In this document: positions 1-10,241 of the stretch, one piece after another
Numbering within the stretch: the first letter of the stretch is position 1
Layout of the letters: each line of letters begins with the position of its first letter
NCBI GenBank assembly: GCA_036677065.1
Contig: JAKFBS010000002.1
Span: 608,001-672,000 of the forward strand
Length of the DNA: 64,000 nucleotides
Direction: 5' to 3'
DNA from: Bdellovibrio sp.
Lineage (GTDB): Bacteria; Bdellovibrionota; Bdellovibrionia; Bdellovibrionales; Bdellovibrionaceae
Notes under the pieces: model-generated
What the model was told of the DNA's origin: nothing
The model's input: the letters and a program-made list of their open reading frames with translations, nothing else
The model's database searches: none
Made by a program: the position numbers and the translations under genes

Positions 1-1
1 T

Positions 2-433
2 TCACCGGATTTCTGGGAGCCCTCACGCTGGTTCGATGACGTCTTCAGCAGAGATCTATTACCGAGCATGCCAGAACCCCAATTTTTATCACCGGCTATT
101 GATATTGAAGAATCCGACACCGAATATTTAGTAAGCGCAGACTTACCAGGTGTAAAAAAAGAAGACATCAATGTCGAATCATCCGGCAATCAATTAACAA
201 TTTCAGCAGAAAGAAAATACGAAAAAACCGAGGGCCGCAGACGCGATCGCCAAGAAAGATACTTTGGCGCCTACCAAAGAACTTTCACCCTACCTTCAGG
301 TGTTAAAGCCGATGAAATTCGTGCCGATTTCTCTAATGGCGAATTAATGGTACACATTCCAAAAGGCGAACAAAATCGCGCCAAAAAAATTGAGATTGGC
401 GAACAAAAATCAGCAGAACAAGCCAAACATTAA
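2..433 (+). CDS. Hsp20/alpha-crystallin small heat-shock protein (5' end lies outside window)
   Basis: PAIDIEE..YLVSADLPGVKKEDI, ERYFGAYQRTFTLP and NGELMVHIPK motifs; frame is open upstream of ATG68 to the window edge (SPDFWEPSRWFDDVF...). Confidence 0.92.
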   Translation, partial: SPDFWEPSRWFDDVFSRDLLPSMPEPQFLSPAIDIEESDTEYLVSADLPGVKKEDINVESSGNQLTISAERKYEKTEGRRRDRQERYFGAYQRTFTLPSGVKADEIRADFSNGELMVHIPKGEQNRAKKIEIGEQKSAEQAKH

Positions 434-489
434 ATGCTACATACCATGGTAGGTCGAATACAAAGACCTACCCTATGCGAAAGAAACTT

Positions 490-1056
490 ATGAAATACTT
501 TATTAAGAGCAAGCCAGTTATTGCTATATTTTTCTTCATTATCGGCGTTGCCATAACCAGCGCCTATTGGAAGCAAAAGCCGTTCAGAAATATGCACACT
601 GAAGCTCAGTTTGGCCCTTCGTTCAATTCAAGTTTTTTTGACGGCCTATTTAACGACGATTTTTTCGGTAAGTCGAAAAATCCATTCGCAGAAATGCAAC
701 GTATGCAAAGACAGATGCTTAAAGAATTCAATGAGCCCGATGTTTTTCAAAATTCATTTAATAATTGGTATAAAAATAAATTTGGCGGCGGCAATATTTA
801 CGAGTTAACACAGCGAGAAGATGAAAACTTTATTTATTATGAAATCCAACTCGAAGGTTTACATCCACAAAAAGTAGATGTCGATGTAAAAGACGGACAA
901 GTCTTTATTTCGGGAAGTGCTGAAGCAACAACTAAAGATAGCTTAGTAGAATCTACTTTTCAAAGATCATTTCCTGTTCCACCCAACGTAGATGCCAATA
1001 AACTCACTATGGAACAGCAAGAAAGTAAAATGATCATAAAATTTCCGAAACTTTAA
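490..1056 (+). CDS. Hsp20-like protein with N-terminal membrane anchor
   Basis: Hydrophobic N-terminus; C-terminal alpha-crystallin-like VDVDVKDGQVFISG..FQRSFPVPPNVD..IKFPK; alternative start 475. Confidence 0.75.
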   Translation: MKYFIKSKPVIAIFFFIIGVAITSAYWKQKPFRNMHTEAQFGPSFNSSFFDGLFNDDFFGKSKNPFAEMQRMQRQMLKEFNEPDVFQNSFNNWYKNKFGGGNIYELTQREDENFIYYEIQLEGLHPQKVDVDVKDGQVFISGSAEATTKDSLVESTFQRSFPVPPNVDANKLTMEQQESKMIIKFPKL

Positions 1057-2372
1057 ACCCCTTGAGGCCAAGTTTCTGGAATATCTTCACGTTTAAATTC
1101 TTGGGCAAAAGGAATCAACGCCGAAGTACGGTCTATAAAAATAAATCCATCGTAGCGGTTGGTTAACGATGTCGGCACGTAATTACCCAGCCGCTCATAA
1201 GCTGGATTATAAACAACCCCGATGGCTCTGTGGCCAAGTACTTGAGATAGCGCACTGACTTTGTCGTGGTCTTGAAGCCAAACATAAAAAGCATTCTCAT
1301 GTATTTTTTGAGCAGCTGCATGAAAGTGAGCTTCATAACTTGCTGGCCGTCCTGGAGGTACAGCCATCTTTTGAGTTGGCCCATCCCAGGCATTTGAGGC
1401 AATCACTTCACCTTGGTAAGTTGCAAACCCGACAAGTGACACGCGCTCTGCGCCCCACTTTTCGCGCGCAAGGCCTCCGATGTTAACTAAATTTTCTTTA
1501 ACCATGTCTGTCGCCCGGTAATCCCCGATATGAGTATTATGGGCCCAGACAATGCCTTTGGATTCTGGCCCGAAGCGATTAAATAATATTTCAAGAGTTT
1601 CAATCATGTGCCGGTCTCTGACATTCCAAGAATCTTCGACGCCCAAAATCATGGTGCGGTAATAGTCTTCAGCATTTTTAACAATTCTTGCGTTTTGTTC
1701 GGCATCGAAAAGTTCTTCAAAGTGATCTTTAATATTTTCAACGCGAATTTTTAACATGTCGGTAAGAACTTTTACAACTTGAGCTTCGCAACCTGCTGGC
1801 GAAAATTTTAAATGCCGTGCATACGCGCGCTCATCTCGCTGAAAGGGCGAAAAACATTCATAATGTTCACGCGCCTGACGGGCCAGGGCGGGGTTAACCT
1901 TTCGCAGTTGTTTTATAACTTCATCAATGGATTCAAATAACGAATACACATCCAGACCGAAAAAACTGGCTTTGTTGTCTTTGGATCTTGATTCATTATA
2001 TGTTTTCATCCACTGCGCTAATTTCATGACTTCGGTATTAGCCCACATCCAAGTCGGCCAGCGCTTAAAATACCCAAGTGCTTCACGCGCCGTTTCTTTT
2101 TTTAACTCAGAATGAAGAAAACGATTAAGTTCGGCACAGGGCGGCCAATCGCCTTCGACAGCAATAAAATTAAAACCATGTTGCGAAATAAGCTCTTCAG
2201 AAATCAGACGTCGCCACTCATAGAATTCTTGAGTGCCGTGACTTGCTTCGCCAAGCATCACCACTTTTGACTGAGACAATTTGGAAACCAACGCCGACAA
2301 ATCTCTACGTTCGTGCAAGGGCTGTGCATTTTCTATGATGACATCTTCTATTGAAGTTATAATTTTATTCAT
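1053..2372 (-). CDS. Erythromycin esterase family protein
   Basis: VVMLGEASHGTQEFY, AVEGDWP, SWNVRDRHM, VWAHNTHIGD, HRAIGVVY motifs; ORF track start 2390. Confidence 0.9.
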   Translation of the reverse strand: MNKIITSIEDVIIENAQPLHERRDLSALVSKLSQSKVVMLGEASHGTQEFYEWRRLISEELISQHGFNFIAVEGDWPPCAELNRFLHSELKKETAREALGYFKRWPTWMWANTEVMKLAQWMKTYNESRSKDNKASFFGLDVYSLFESIDEVIKQLRKVNPALARQAREHYECFSPFQRDERAYARHLKFSPAGCEAQVVKVLTDMLKIRVENIKDHFEELFDAEQNARIVKNAEDYYRTMILGVEDSWNVRDRHMIETLEILFNRFGPESKGIVWAHNTHIGDYRATDMVKENLVNIGGLAREKWGAERVSLVGFATYQGEVIASNAWDGPTQKMAVPPGRPASYEAHFHAAAQKIHENAFYVWLQDHDKVSALSQVLGHRAIGVVYNPAYERLGNYVPTSLTNRYDGFIFIDRTSALIPFAQEFKREDIPETWPQGV

Positions 2373-2473
2373 AACGACACTAAAAAGCATACCCTATGCC
2401 ATTAGAGATATGGGACAGTTTGACTCAAATGAGCCTCTTGAATTTGTTTACGCCTTATTGTTAAAATAAAGTC

Positions 2474-2998
2474 ATGAAAACAATTTATTTTGCTGCCGCC
2501 AGCATGGATGGATATATTGCCGATGAAAACAATTCTTTGGAATGGCTTTTTAAAAATGGTCCAAGCGACACTAGCTTTATTGACCAATTTCTAGAAACTG
2601 TGGGTGCTATCGCCATGGGAGCATCAACGTATCAGTGGTTACTTGATAACTTGAAAGAACCTTGGCCCTACAAAGTACCTTGTCTCGTATTTACCTATAG
2701 AAACTTTAAAACGATAGATAATGCTGATGTACGTTTTGTTCATGGCGAAGTTTTATCTTACCATCAAGAACTTAAAAAACTAGCCGGTGATAAAAACATT
2801 TGGCTTATGGGGGGCGGCGATCTTGTCGGGCAGTTTTATGATGAAGGCCTGTTAGATGAAATGCATATACAGACTGTTGCTGTATTTTTAAACGACGGCA
2901 AAAAGCTATTCAATCGCAAAACTGAGAATGCTTTCAAGATAAAAGAAATTCGCCAACGAGGCGATACTTGCATTGAAGTCAGATATTTAGTTAAATAA
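2474..2998 (+). CDS. Dihydrofolate reductase/RibD C-terminal family protein
   Basis: AASMDGYIAD, MGASTY, NIWLMGGGDL, GLLDEM motifs. Confidence 0.88.
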   Translation: MKTIYFAAASMDGYIADENNSLEWLFKNGPSDTSFIDQFLETVGAIAMGASTYQWLLDNLKEPWPYKVPCLVFTYRNFKTIDNADVRFVHGEVLSYHQELKKLAGDKNIWLMGGGDLVGQFYDEGLLDEMHIQTVAVFLNDGKKLFNRKTENAFKIKEIRQRGDTCIEVRYLVK

Positions 2999-3002
2999 TC
3001 TA

Positions 3003-3416
3003 ATGAAAACTTGCATTATAATTTTAATGACGATGGTGTGCTCTTTGGCTATTGCAAAACCAACTGAAAACGTGGAAGGTTTTTTAAAAAGCTGCTATCA
3101 GAACTATGTAATAGCGTTTGCATCCACAGCTAAAGATAGCGAGCAAACAAGTGCCAAAATCAGAGAAAAATGTCTTTCAAAAGAATTTCGCCGATTTTGG
3201 TTTAAAATCATTTCTAAATCTAACGCTGATGCTATGTTGATCGCTCAAGAGGCGCAAAAATCCTGGAAAACAAATATCGAGATTAAAGATTTAGATCCTG
3301 AAAAAAACTCAGCTAAAGTCATTTTGGGTAAAAAAGCCGAACAACATTGTTTAGTGATCAACTATATCAACGAACCTGCTTTAAAAATTGATATAGTTTC
3401 TAAGTGCAAACCTTAA
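3003..3416 (+). CDS. Secreted protein, DUF3828/YbjP-like
   Basis: Signal peptide; ADAMLIAQE..W..NIEI..AKVILG..LKIDIV pattern resembles DUF3828. Confidence 0.5.
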   Translation: MKTCIIILMTMVCSLAIAKPTENVEGFLKSCYQNYVIAFASTAKDSEQTSAKIREKCLSKEFRRFWFKIISKSNADAMLIAQEAQKSWKTNIEIKDLDPEKNSAKVILGKKAEQHCLVINYINEPALKIDIVSKCKP

Positions 3417-3694
3417 TGCGGCTGCTGGTGGCGGTCGCGTGACATTTTTTTATGTAATTTTTTTTGCACCTTAAGTTCGTTTTTAACATCATTTACCCCA
3501 AGCACATAATCTAGGGTTTCACCGGTCATCTTTTTAACGACATCTTCTTCAACGGCTCCGCTTAAGGTCACGACACCGTCTTTAACTGAAACTTTGATCT
3601 CAGAACAATCCACATGGGGTGTCTGGGCTAAAATATCGCAGACATCTTCTTTGATTTTTTTATCGGATGGATGATGTTTTTTTTGAACTTTCAT
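3413..3694 (-). CDS. BON domain protein
   Basis: D..IKEDV..IKVSVKDGVVTLSGAV..GVNDVKNELKV. Confidence 0.88.
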   Translation of the reverse strand: MKVQKKHHPSDKKIKEDVCDILAQTPHVDCSEIKVSVKDGVVTLSGAVEEDVVKKMTGETLDYVLGVNDVKNELKVQKKLHKKMSRDRHQQPH

Positions 3695-6132
3695 GACGGC
3701 ACTTCCTTTCGTTTAGAAAAAATATCGAACACAGACCACCTTGCCAGCTTATCATAGCTGCCAAAGTGTTTAAAAAACTGTCCTTTCGGAAGACTCAATA
3801 AAATAACCAGTAGCGAACTTAAAATAATTCCCCATTTTAATGAAAGCTCTAATTCGCCTGAAACCCCGATCGCAGCAGCCAGTATGAACCCCACGACAAT
3901 ATTTAAAATCCGTACTGGGCGCGCAATTTCAGATAAAGCAATAATTGAAAAAGTAACTAAAAGTGCTGAACACATATGAATTATATCTGATGCAGATTTC
4001 GGTAACTGCAAATATGTCGGCACCGCCATTAAAAGAAAACTTACAAAGCAACAACCGACAAGCCCCCATGGAATGGCCGATTTAATTTTCTGTGGTTTTT
4101 GGTTAAATTTTTCTGCCGGCAGTTCGACAATTTCTTCTGTCGTTAACGGGATACCCCGCAAAAAAGTTCTCCAGAATGGTTTACCTTCACGATGACTTTG
4201 TCGTAAAAATTGAACTGTCGCTACGACCTCATCTAGTGCCGGTGATACCATAACCAGCATGATAAATGCTGTTAACAGACAAAGAAAACACCACGCCCCG
4301 ACACCAACGGGTTGAAGAATAACCAGCACAATACTGGTGACTCCGGGCGGAATAATCATAAAGCCAAATAAAATAACCATCCAAGGCATCGTGCGCCAGC
4401 GGCGCTTATCGCCTATCATGCCAGAAACAGCATCTAATAAATAAGAAAAGGCTCCTAATCCCGCATCCGAAACCGGAAAAGCTTTAGATATATCTGATTT
4501 TAAAACAGTGGCCGTTTGTTGATCAAATACGGGATCCCAAACTGTGTTGATATGACCTAACTGATAAGCAGCCATATACCTTGCAATGAAAAAACCAAAA
4601 AAAGCCAAAGTAATAATGGGAATTCTTTGGCTCCAGCCAGAGGGATTGTAATCCCAGTTTTGCGGTGTATTTAAAACTTCTGGAACAGCATAGTAATGTT
4701 TTGTCGGCTGATAACAACTACAGAGTATAATCAGCAGGCCTAATAAGCTACCCAACGAATACGAAGTGCTCGAAGGCGCCCAAAATGCCAATGGGGCAAA
4801 TAAAATCCAAACACCAATGATGGCTGACAGCCAACGCGGCCAAGCCCACAACGTCCAAAATGTAAGGCCTGAAAGCAGTATTACAAGCATACCTGAAACT
4901 ACTTCGCTTCCTAAAACTGCTGGGTTTGATAGATGGGTGACGCTATCAGAAATTAACCATAGGCCCCACAAGATATTCATAAGATTAAGTGCATTGAGCT
5001 GGCGTATATAAATCTGTGATGGCACTTCAAAACCTGAACCTTCTCCCTGCATGCGGCCTAAGGCGCGAGCTAACCTGTTTGGAATTTCCAGTTTATTTTC
5101 TTTATACCATTTAACAGGGTCAGCTTTTAATGCGTCTAACATCAATGGAATTGTTTTTTTTAATTGATGATTCGGGTGCCAGTTTAGCAACTGCTGGGCC
5201 TGGGTAATATCTAAATCATAATGATCATCGGCAAAATCAATCATCCAGTGTTTTACAAATGGTTTACGTATAAATGGCGTATGATGTTGCAGCCAAGCTC
5301 CGGTTTTGGCAAACCACGTTGGCACTTTAAGAGAATCCCACTCGTGACTGTAAAGCAGCTGCCCGATTTTTTCTTGCAGCTGATTGTAAGACACCACCTC
5401 GGGTTCGCCCAAAAGTAAATCCAGCTGCTTCGGCAATTGTTTTCTTTTTTGCACGACTTTATCAATCGCATCAACCAGATCATTCAGATGGATAAAAGCT
5501 TGTCCTTTAGAGGAATCGCCAGGAAAAAAATGACTGGATAAATGTTTTTCATAGATACGCTCAATTTGATTTGAAATCGGAATTGAATGGCAACGATCAT
5601 CGTAAACACCCGCTATTCTTAAACTCACAATAGGAATATCACTGCCTGACCCTTTTAAGATTTTTTCGGCGGCGACCTTTGAGGCCGGGTAAGCCCAAGA
5701 TGGTTCAACTGGCGAAGTCTCTTTGATCTTTTCGCCTTTTTGCGCCGGTTTATGAACTAGCATGGTGCTTGAAAATACAAACTGCTCAACAGTGTAATTA
5801 TTTAAAGCTGTTAATAAATTTTCTGTGCCTTTGACCGTGATTTTTTCATACTGCGGGCTATCTTCTTCAGCAAAACTGTAATAGGCCGCCAAATGCACAA
5901 CCGAGGCAATGCGATTTCCATGTTTAATTTTAACCAGCTCTAAAGCCTGAGAAATACTGTTCAAAGATGAAATATCAACTTCGTAATTTTCGCTATTTTT
6001 TGAGTTGCCGGATATTTTTTGATCAAATCCGATCACTGTAAATTGCGGCGATAATCTTGCCGCTATGGCTTTGCCGATGAAGCCACTGCTGCCGGTAATT
6101 ATAAGTGTAGGTTTCTGCGTTGAATTATCCAT
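3691..6132 (-). CDS. NAD-dependent epimerase/dehydratase fused to SPW-like membrane segments and a vitamin K epoxide reductase (VKOR) domain
   Basis: TGSSGFIG Rossmann motif, YPASK catalytic motif; C-terminal VWDPVF..PVSDAGLG and WCFLC (CxxC) among TM helices. Confidence 0.85.
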   Translation of the reverse strand: MDNSTQKPTLIITGSSGFIGKAIAARLSPQFTVIGFDQKISGNSKNSENYEVDISSLNSISQALELVKIKHGNRIASVVHLAAYYSFAEEDSPQYEKITVKGTENLLTALNNYTVEQFVFSSTMLVHKPAQKGEKIKETSPVEPSWAYPASKVAAEKILKGSGSDIPIVSLRIAGVYDDRCHSIPISNQIERIYEKHLSSHFFPGDSSKGQAFIHLNDLVDAIDKVVQKRKQLPKQLDLLLGEPEVVSYNQLQEKIGQLLYSHEWDSLKVPTWFAKTGAWLQHHTPFIRKPFVKHWMIDFADDHYDLDITQAQQLLNWHPNHQLKKTIPLMLDALKADPVKWYKENKLEIPNRLARALGRMQGEGSGFEVPSQIYIRQLNALNLMNILWGLWLISDSVTHLSNPAVLGSEVVSGMLVILLSGLTFWTLWAWPRWLSAIIGVWILFAPLAFWAPSSTSYSLGSLLGLLIILCSCYQPTKHYYAVPEVLNTPQNWDYNPSGWSQRIPIITLAFFGFFIARYMAAYQLGHINTVWDPVFDQQTATVLKSDISKAFPVSDAGLGAFSYLLDAVSGMIGDKRRWRTMPWMVILFGFMIIPPGVTSIVLVILQPVGVGAWCFLCLLTAFIMLVMVSPALDEVVATVQFLRQSHREGKPFWRTFLRGIPLTTEEIVELPAEKFNQKPQKIKSAIPWGLVGCCFVSFLLMAVPTYLQLPKSASDIIHMCSALLVTFSIIALSEIARPVRILNIVVGFILAAAIGVSGELELSLKWGIILSSLLVILLSLPKGQFFKHFGSYDKLARWSVFDIFSKRKEVPS

Positions 6133-6144
6133 ATAGCCGAGAAT

Positions 6145-6160
6145 TGCAAAACACAGACCC
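6145..6160 (-). promoter_or_regulatory. Putative sigma54 -24/-12 promoter for the epimerase-VKOR gene
   Basis: Minus strand GGGTCTGTGTTTTGCA, GG-N10-GC spacing, just upstream of ATG6132. Confidence 0.45.
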
Positions 6161-6314
6161 TGGCTAATGAATAAGTGTGAGGTGCATAGCCCCGAAAGTC
6201 AGAACTCTTGCCCCGTCGTTTTTTAGGGCGATTGATTCAAATTGGCACGTCTACATAGGTAAATACTCTACTGATAAACAGATTTTCAGCTAAAGAAGGT
6301 GTATACTTATAGGC

Positions 6315-8252
6315 ATGAATGACATACTAAGAATCCTTATTGTCGAAGACAATAAGGTCGACCAAATCATCATCCGAAAGACTTTAGAAAAGTCTAAACT
6401 TAATCATGTCTCTGCCCTGGCAGATAATCATGCAGACTTTTTAAATCAACTTGAAAAGTTTAAACCAAATTTAATTCTGTGTGATTATTCAATGCCAAAT
6501 TACGGGGCTCTCTATGTCTTACGATATCTAAAACAAAATAAAATCGATATTCCACTCATTATTGTCACGGGCACATTAACTGACGAGATGGCTGTCGAAA
6601 GTTTAAAAAATGGTGCTTCAGATTATGTTTTAAAAGACAAACTTGTCAGGCTACCAACGACAATCAAAAACGCCATGAAAACCACTCAGTACTTAAAAGA
6701 AAAAGCTGAAGTTGAAGACCGGCTAGAAGTCATTTCTAATACAGTACCAGCTTCGCTATCTTATATATCTGCTGATCTTATATTTTTATTCTGTAATAAG
6801 TTAAATTACGAATGGTTTCAAAAAACAATTGTCGGGTCTTCAGTCAAAAATATTTTAGGGCCCGAAGTTCACCATAAGATTTTAAAAAACAAAGCCACTT
6901 TACGAAAAGGTTTGCAAGTTAGTTTTGAGAGCTGCGTCGATCTTAAATCACGCCCAAGATATGTGAGCATTACGCTGACCCCTGAATTAAATGGCCATAC
7001 CATCAAAGGCTATGTCTGCCTTATTACCGACATCACAGAACGGATTATTTTTGAAGAAACTTTAAAAAAATCAAAAGAAGACGCCGAAGCTGCCAACAAA
7101 GCAAAAAGTCAATTTCTTGCAAATATGAGCCATGAAATACGGACTCCGTTAAATGCAATTTTAGGTCTATCAGAGATGCTTTTAACGAATCACAATAGTA
7201 TTCATCAAAGAACTTTATGGTTAAATAAAATCATTAAAAATGGTGAGTATCTAAAAAATGTCATTGATTCAGTGCTGGACTTATCTAAAATTGAAGCTGG
7301 CAAAATGAGTGTTTATATACAAAAAACTTCAATGGCTGCGATCATTGCCCAGGTAAGATCACTTTTGCAGCCATTAGCTTCTGAAAAAAAATTAAATTTA
7401 AAATTTGAAGTCTTAAACGAAATTCCAGCTTATATATTTTCGGATATATCAAAAGTAATTCATATATTACTTAATTTAGTCGGAAACTCTATAAAATTCA
7501 CATCACATGGCAACATCACGATTCAAGTGAGTGGCTTCAAAAATAAAGATAAATATTTTATTAAGTTCTTAATCAAAGATACCGGAATTGGCATACCACT
7601 AGAAACCTGTAGAAATTTATTTTTGCCATTTTCACAAGCCGACAACTCAATGACGCGAAGATTCGGCGGTACAGGGTTAGGTTTAGTTCTTTCAAAACAA
7701 TTGGCCCTGGCTCTGGGTGGCGATATTGCACTTGAAGAATCGTTACCCGGACTGGGGTCTATATTTTCTGCAACCGTTGAAGCTGGCGCGGTCGATTTTA
7801 GCCATACAATTACAAACTTTGAAAATTTGATTTCTGATCCTCATGAAAAAATTGACGAAATCATTAAATTAGCACAGCTTACAGATTTCAAAGTCTTACT
7901 TGTTGAAGATTCACCTGAAAACCAATTAGTCGTTCAAAATTTTTTAGAAACCGCAGGAGCCAAAGTCGATGTCGCTTCTGATGGCCAACAGGGCGTTGAG
8001 ATGGCCGAAAACGGTAACCACGCACTCATTATCATGGACATTCAAATGCCGATCATGGATGGCTACACTGCCGCCTCATTACTTCGTAATAACGGCTATA
8101 ATAAGCCAATCATTGCTTTTACAGCTCATGCCTTTGAAGAAGAAAAACAAAAGTGCTTGCAAATCGGATTTACAGATTTTCTTTCAAAGCCGATTCGAAA
8201 AACAGATTTACTTCAATGTGTTTCAAAATATAAAACATACAAGCTCGTCTAA
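6315..8252 (+). CDS. Hybrid sensor histidine kinase (REC-PAS-HisKA-HATPase-REC)
   Basis: N-terminal receiver, FLANMSHEIRTPLN H-box, DTGIG and FGGTGLGL, C-terminal receiver MDIQMPIMDG. Confidence 0.95.
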   Translation: MNDILRILIVEDNKVDQIIIRKTLEKSKLNHVSALADNHADFLNQLEKFKPNLILCDYSMPNYGALYVLRYLKQNKIDIPLIIVTGTLTDEMAVESLKNGASDYVLKDKLVRLPTTIKNAMKTTQYLKEKAEVEDRLEVISNTVPASLSYISADLIFLFCNKLNYEWFQKTIVGSSVKNILGPEVHHKILKNKATLRKGLQVSFESCVDLKSRPRYVSITLTPELNGHTIKGYVCLITDITERIIFEETLKKSKEDAEAANKAKSQFLANMSHEIRTPLNAILGLSEMLLTNHNSIHQRTLWLNKIIKNGEYLKNVIDSVLDLSKIEAGKMSVYIQKTSMAAIIAQVRSLLQPLASEKKLNLKFEVLNEIPAYIFSDISKVIHILLNLVGNSIKFTSHGNITIQVSGFKNKDKYFIKFLIKDTGIGIPLETCRNLFLPFSQADNSMTRRFGGTGLGLVLSKQLALALGGDIALEESLPGLGSIFSATVEAGAVDFSHTITNFENLISDPHEKIDEIIKLAQLTDFKVLLVEDSPENQLVVQNFLETAGAKVDVASDGQQGVEMAENGNHALIIMDIQMPIMDGYTAASLLRNNGYNKPIIAFTAHAFEEEKQKCLQIGFTDFLSKPIRKTDLLQCVSKYKTYKLV

Positions 8253-9421
8253 AAAAAAGAACAGTTCACTGAATCTTCGTCTGGAACAGAAACAGCTGAA
8301 CCCCAATCTTTTTCAAAAATATTCAGCATCTCTTTAATAGGTGCGGCTTCTGAAAATAAAATTCCCAACTCGCGCGCATAGGCTGTCGAATTACGAGAAA
8401 AATTAACTGAACCTATATAAGATGTTACACCGTCGGCGATCATCATTTTAGAATGCATATACGGATGGGTCACACTTTCAGGTTCTGGCATGACTTTGGT
8501 TTGTACTCCACCAGCAGCCAGTTCTTTTAAATGTGGATAATTTAATTTCGCACTGCCACCTTTACTGCACATGGGCACTACGACCCTAACTAAGACTCCT
8601 CTTTTTACAGCCGCAATTAACGCTGTTTGAACTTCTGCGGCACCAAGGTTTTCGACTTGCACAACCAGTGACTTCTTAGCTGATGAAATTAAACTGACAA
8701 GCTTTGCCAAAGAATTGACCGGGCTCCACACAAGATGAACAGCGCTCACGTTTGGAGTCAGACCCTGCTGGGCACTTGCATTTTGCCAATCTTGTTCAAA
8801 AACATTAATCACTTCATTTACGACAGCAGGATCATGAACAATCAAACCAAAATCGCGAGTGGTCTCGGTTAACTTTGTTAGATTAATAGCTGTAATAAAT
8901 GCTTGCGTATTATTAATGACCATAGATTTCTGATGCGAAATTGTAAATGCAGATGTACTTGCACGCACGTCAACTCCGCCGGCTTTTAATTGCTGATACC
9001 CAAAATTAAAATTTGGCAGATTAAGGCTTACGGCATCGACAATAACTTTAACTGTGACTCCCCGTTTGTGCGCTGACACTAAAGCACTGATAACATCGTT
9101 ATCAGTTATATGAAACATCGCCATACGAATAATATCGCCACTGACTGTTTTATTAATGCTTTGTAAAAACTCAACATGACCCTTTGCATTTGGAGTTACA
9201 ATTAACTGAACTGCACCACTCAGTGCTGGTATCGCTGAGGTCACAACCGGTGAACTTGCCGGTGGAATCACCGGCGGGGTTACCGGAGGAATCATTGGCG
9301 GCTCTTCGCTATTTGGAGTTTCAGTTGAAGTATAAGTTGGCGAGATAGAACTGTCTGTACCTTGGGTGCAATTGAGTAGCAAAAAACAAACAAACAAGAT
9401 TGATATAAATTGATTTTTCAT
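8249..9421 (-). CDS. Phospholipase D family protein, probable lipoprotein
   Basis: LLLNC lipobox-like, Pro-rich linker, motifs HQKSMVIN and HSKMMIAD..GSVNFS. Confidence 0.85.
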   Translation of the reverse strand: MKNQFISILFVCFLLLNCTQGTDSSISPTYTSTETPNSEEPPMIPPVTPPVIPPASSPVVTSAIPALSGAVQLIVTPNAKGHVEFLQSINKTVSGDIIRMAMFHITDNDVISALVSAHKRGVTVKVIVDAVSLNLPNFNFGYQQLKAGGVDVRASTSAFTISHQKSMVINNTQAFITAINLTKLTETTRDFGLIVHDPAVVNEVINVFEQDWQNASAQQGLTPNVSAVHLVWSPVNSLAKLVSLISSAKKSLVVQVENLGAAEVQTALIAAVKRGVLVRVVVPMCSKGGSAKLNYPHLKELAAGGVQTKVMPEPESVTHPYMHSKMMIADGVTSYIGSVNFSRNSTAYARELGILFSEAAPIKEMLNIFEKDWGSAVSVPDEDSVNCSFF

Positions 9422-9469
9422 CTTTTAGTTGTAGTCGATTTTCTCAGATAAAGTAATAAACAAACGTAT

Positions 9470-10075
9470 TTATAAATTACTTTGATTTTCGATAAACAAA
9501 TAAAACTGTGAATCTAAGTATCTTCTCATAAAGAAATACGGAGCTGGCGTTTTCATTTTCTTTCTGACTTCGCGCACACTGACTGGACGCACACATTTAA
9601 GCTCAAGAATTTTTTCAGTTTCACAAAGTTCAGAAACTTCTTCACCTCGTTCAAAATATTGAACGTAAATTTCGACACTTGGTTCAGTTTTTATTTTTTG
9701 CGCTAGCTCAGCAGGCAGCGGCGCATTTAGAACTTGAACGTACCAACAGTTTTCAGCGCAATTTGTTTGCAAAGCTTTGCGAAGATCAAAAAACGAAGGC
9801 TTGCTGTTAGTTTGATAGTGAGAAAGGACATTTTCAGGAATATGCGTAAAAGGCTCATCTTCTACACCCATATACCAAATTACATTTTTAGCTGTTTGAA
9901 AATCTGGAAACAATCGAAGTGCAATAGACTTTGCGATAAGTTCTGGCGCCGTGCCGATCTCTGTTGGGGCGATGACTCCCGCCGGGCGAAGCGCCGCACC
10001 TTGCTTCACTAGATAAAGCATTACACCAGAACCAATTAGAACAGCTGCAGCAAGCAGCGAGATAACTATTTTCAT
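9470..10075 (-). CDS. Hypothetical membrane-anchored or secreted protein
   Basis: 201-aa ORF with hydrophobic N-terminus. Confidence 0.7.
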   Translation of the reverse strand: MKIVISLLAAAVLIGSGVMLYLVKQGAALRPAGVIAPTEIGTAPELIAKSIALRLFPDFQTAKNVIWYMGVEDEPFTHIPENVLSHYQTNSKPSFFDLRKALQTNCAENCWYVQVLNAPLPAELAQKIKTEPSVEIYVQYFERGEEVSELCETEKILELKCVRPVSVREVRKKMKTPAPYFFMRRYLDSQFYLFIENQSNL

Positions 10076-10241
10076 ACAAAGTTAATCTACCGTACTTTTT
10101 CTTAGAATAAATGCCGCTCCTTGCTAAACAATTTTCTAAGTAGAATTGCTGATTATTTAGATTTATAAATTAAAAATTATCTATTATCTCTTCAGGAGAA
10201 TAAGCTGACATCCTACCTAGGACAGATTACCCTGAATTTCT

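Noticed and set aside
448..472. CIRCE element
   Set aside because: 9-nt spacer fits but arms do not match TTAGCACTC/GAGTGCTAA.
1053..2372. Macrolide resistance gene
   Set aside because: The family includes many enzymes unrelated to resistance; nothing in the context supports it.
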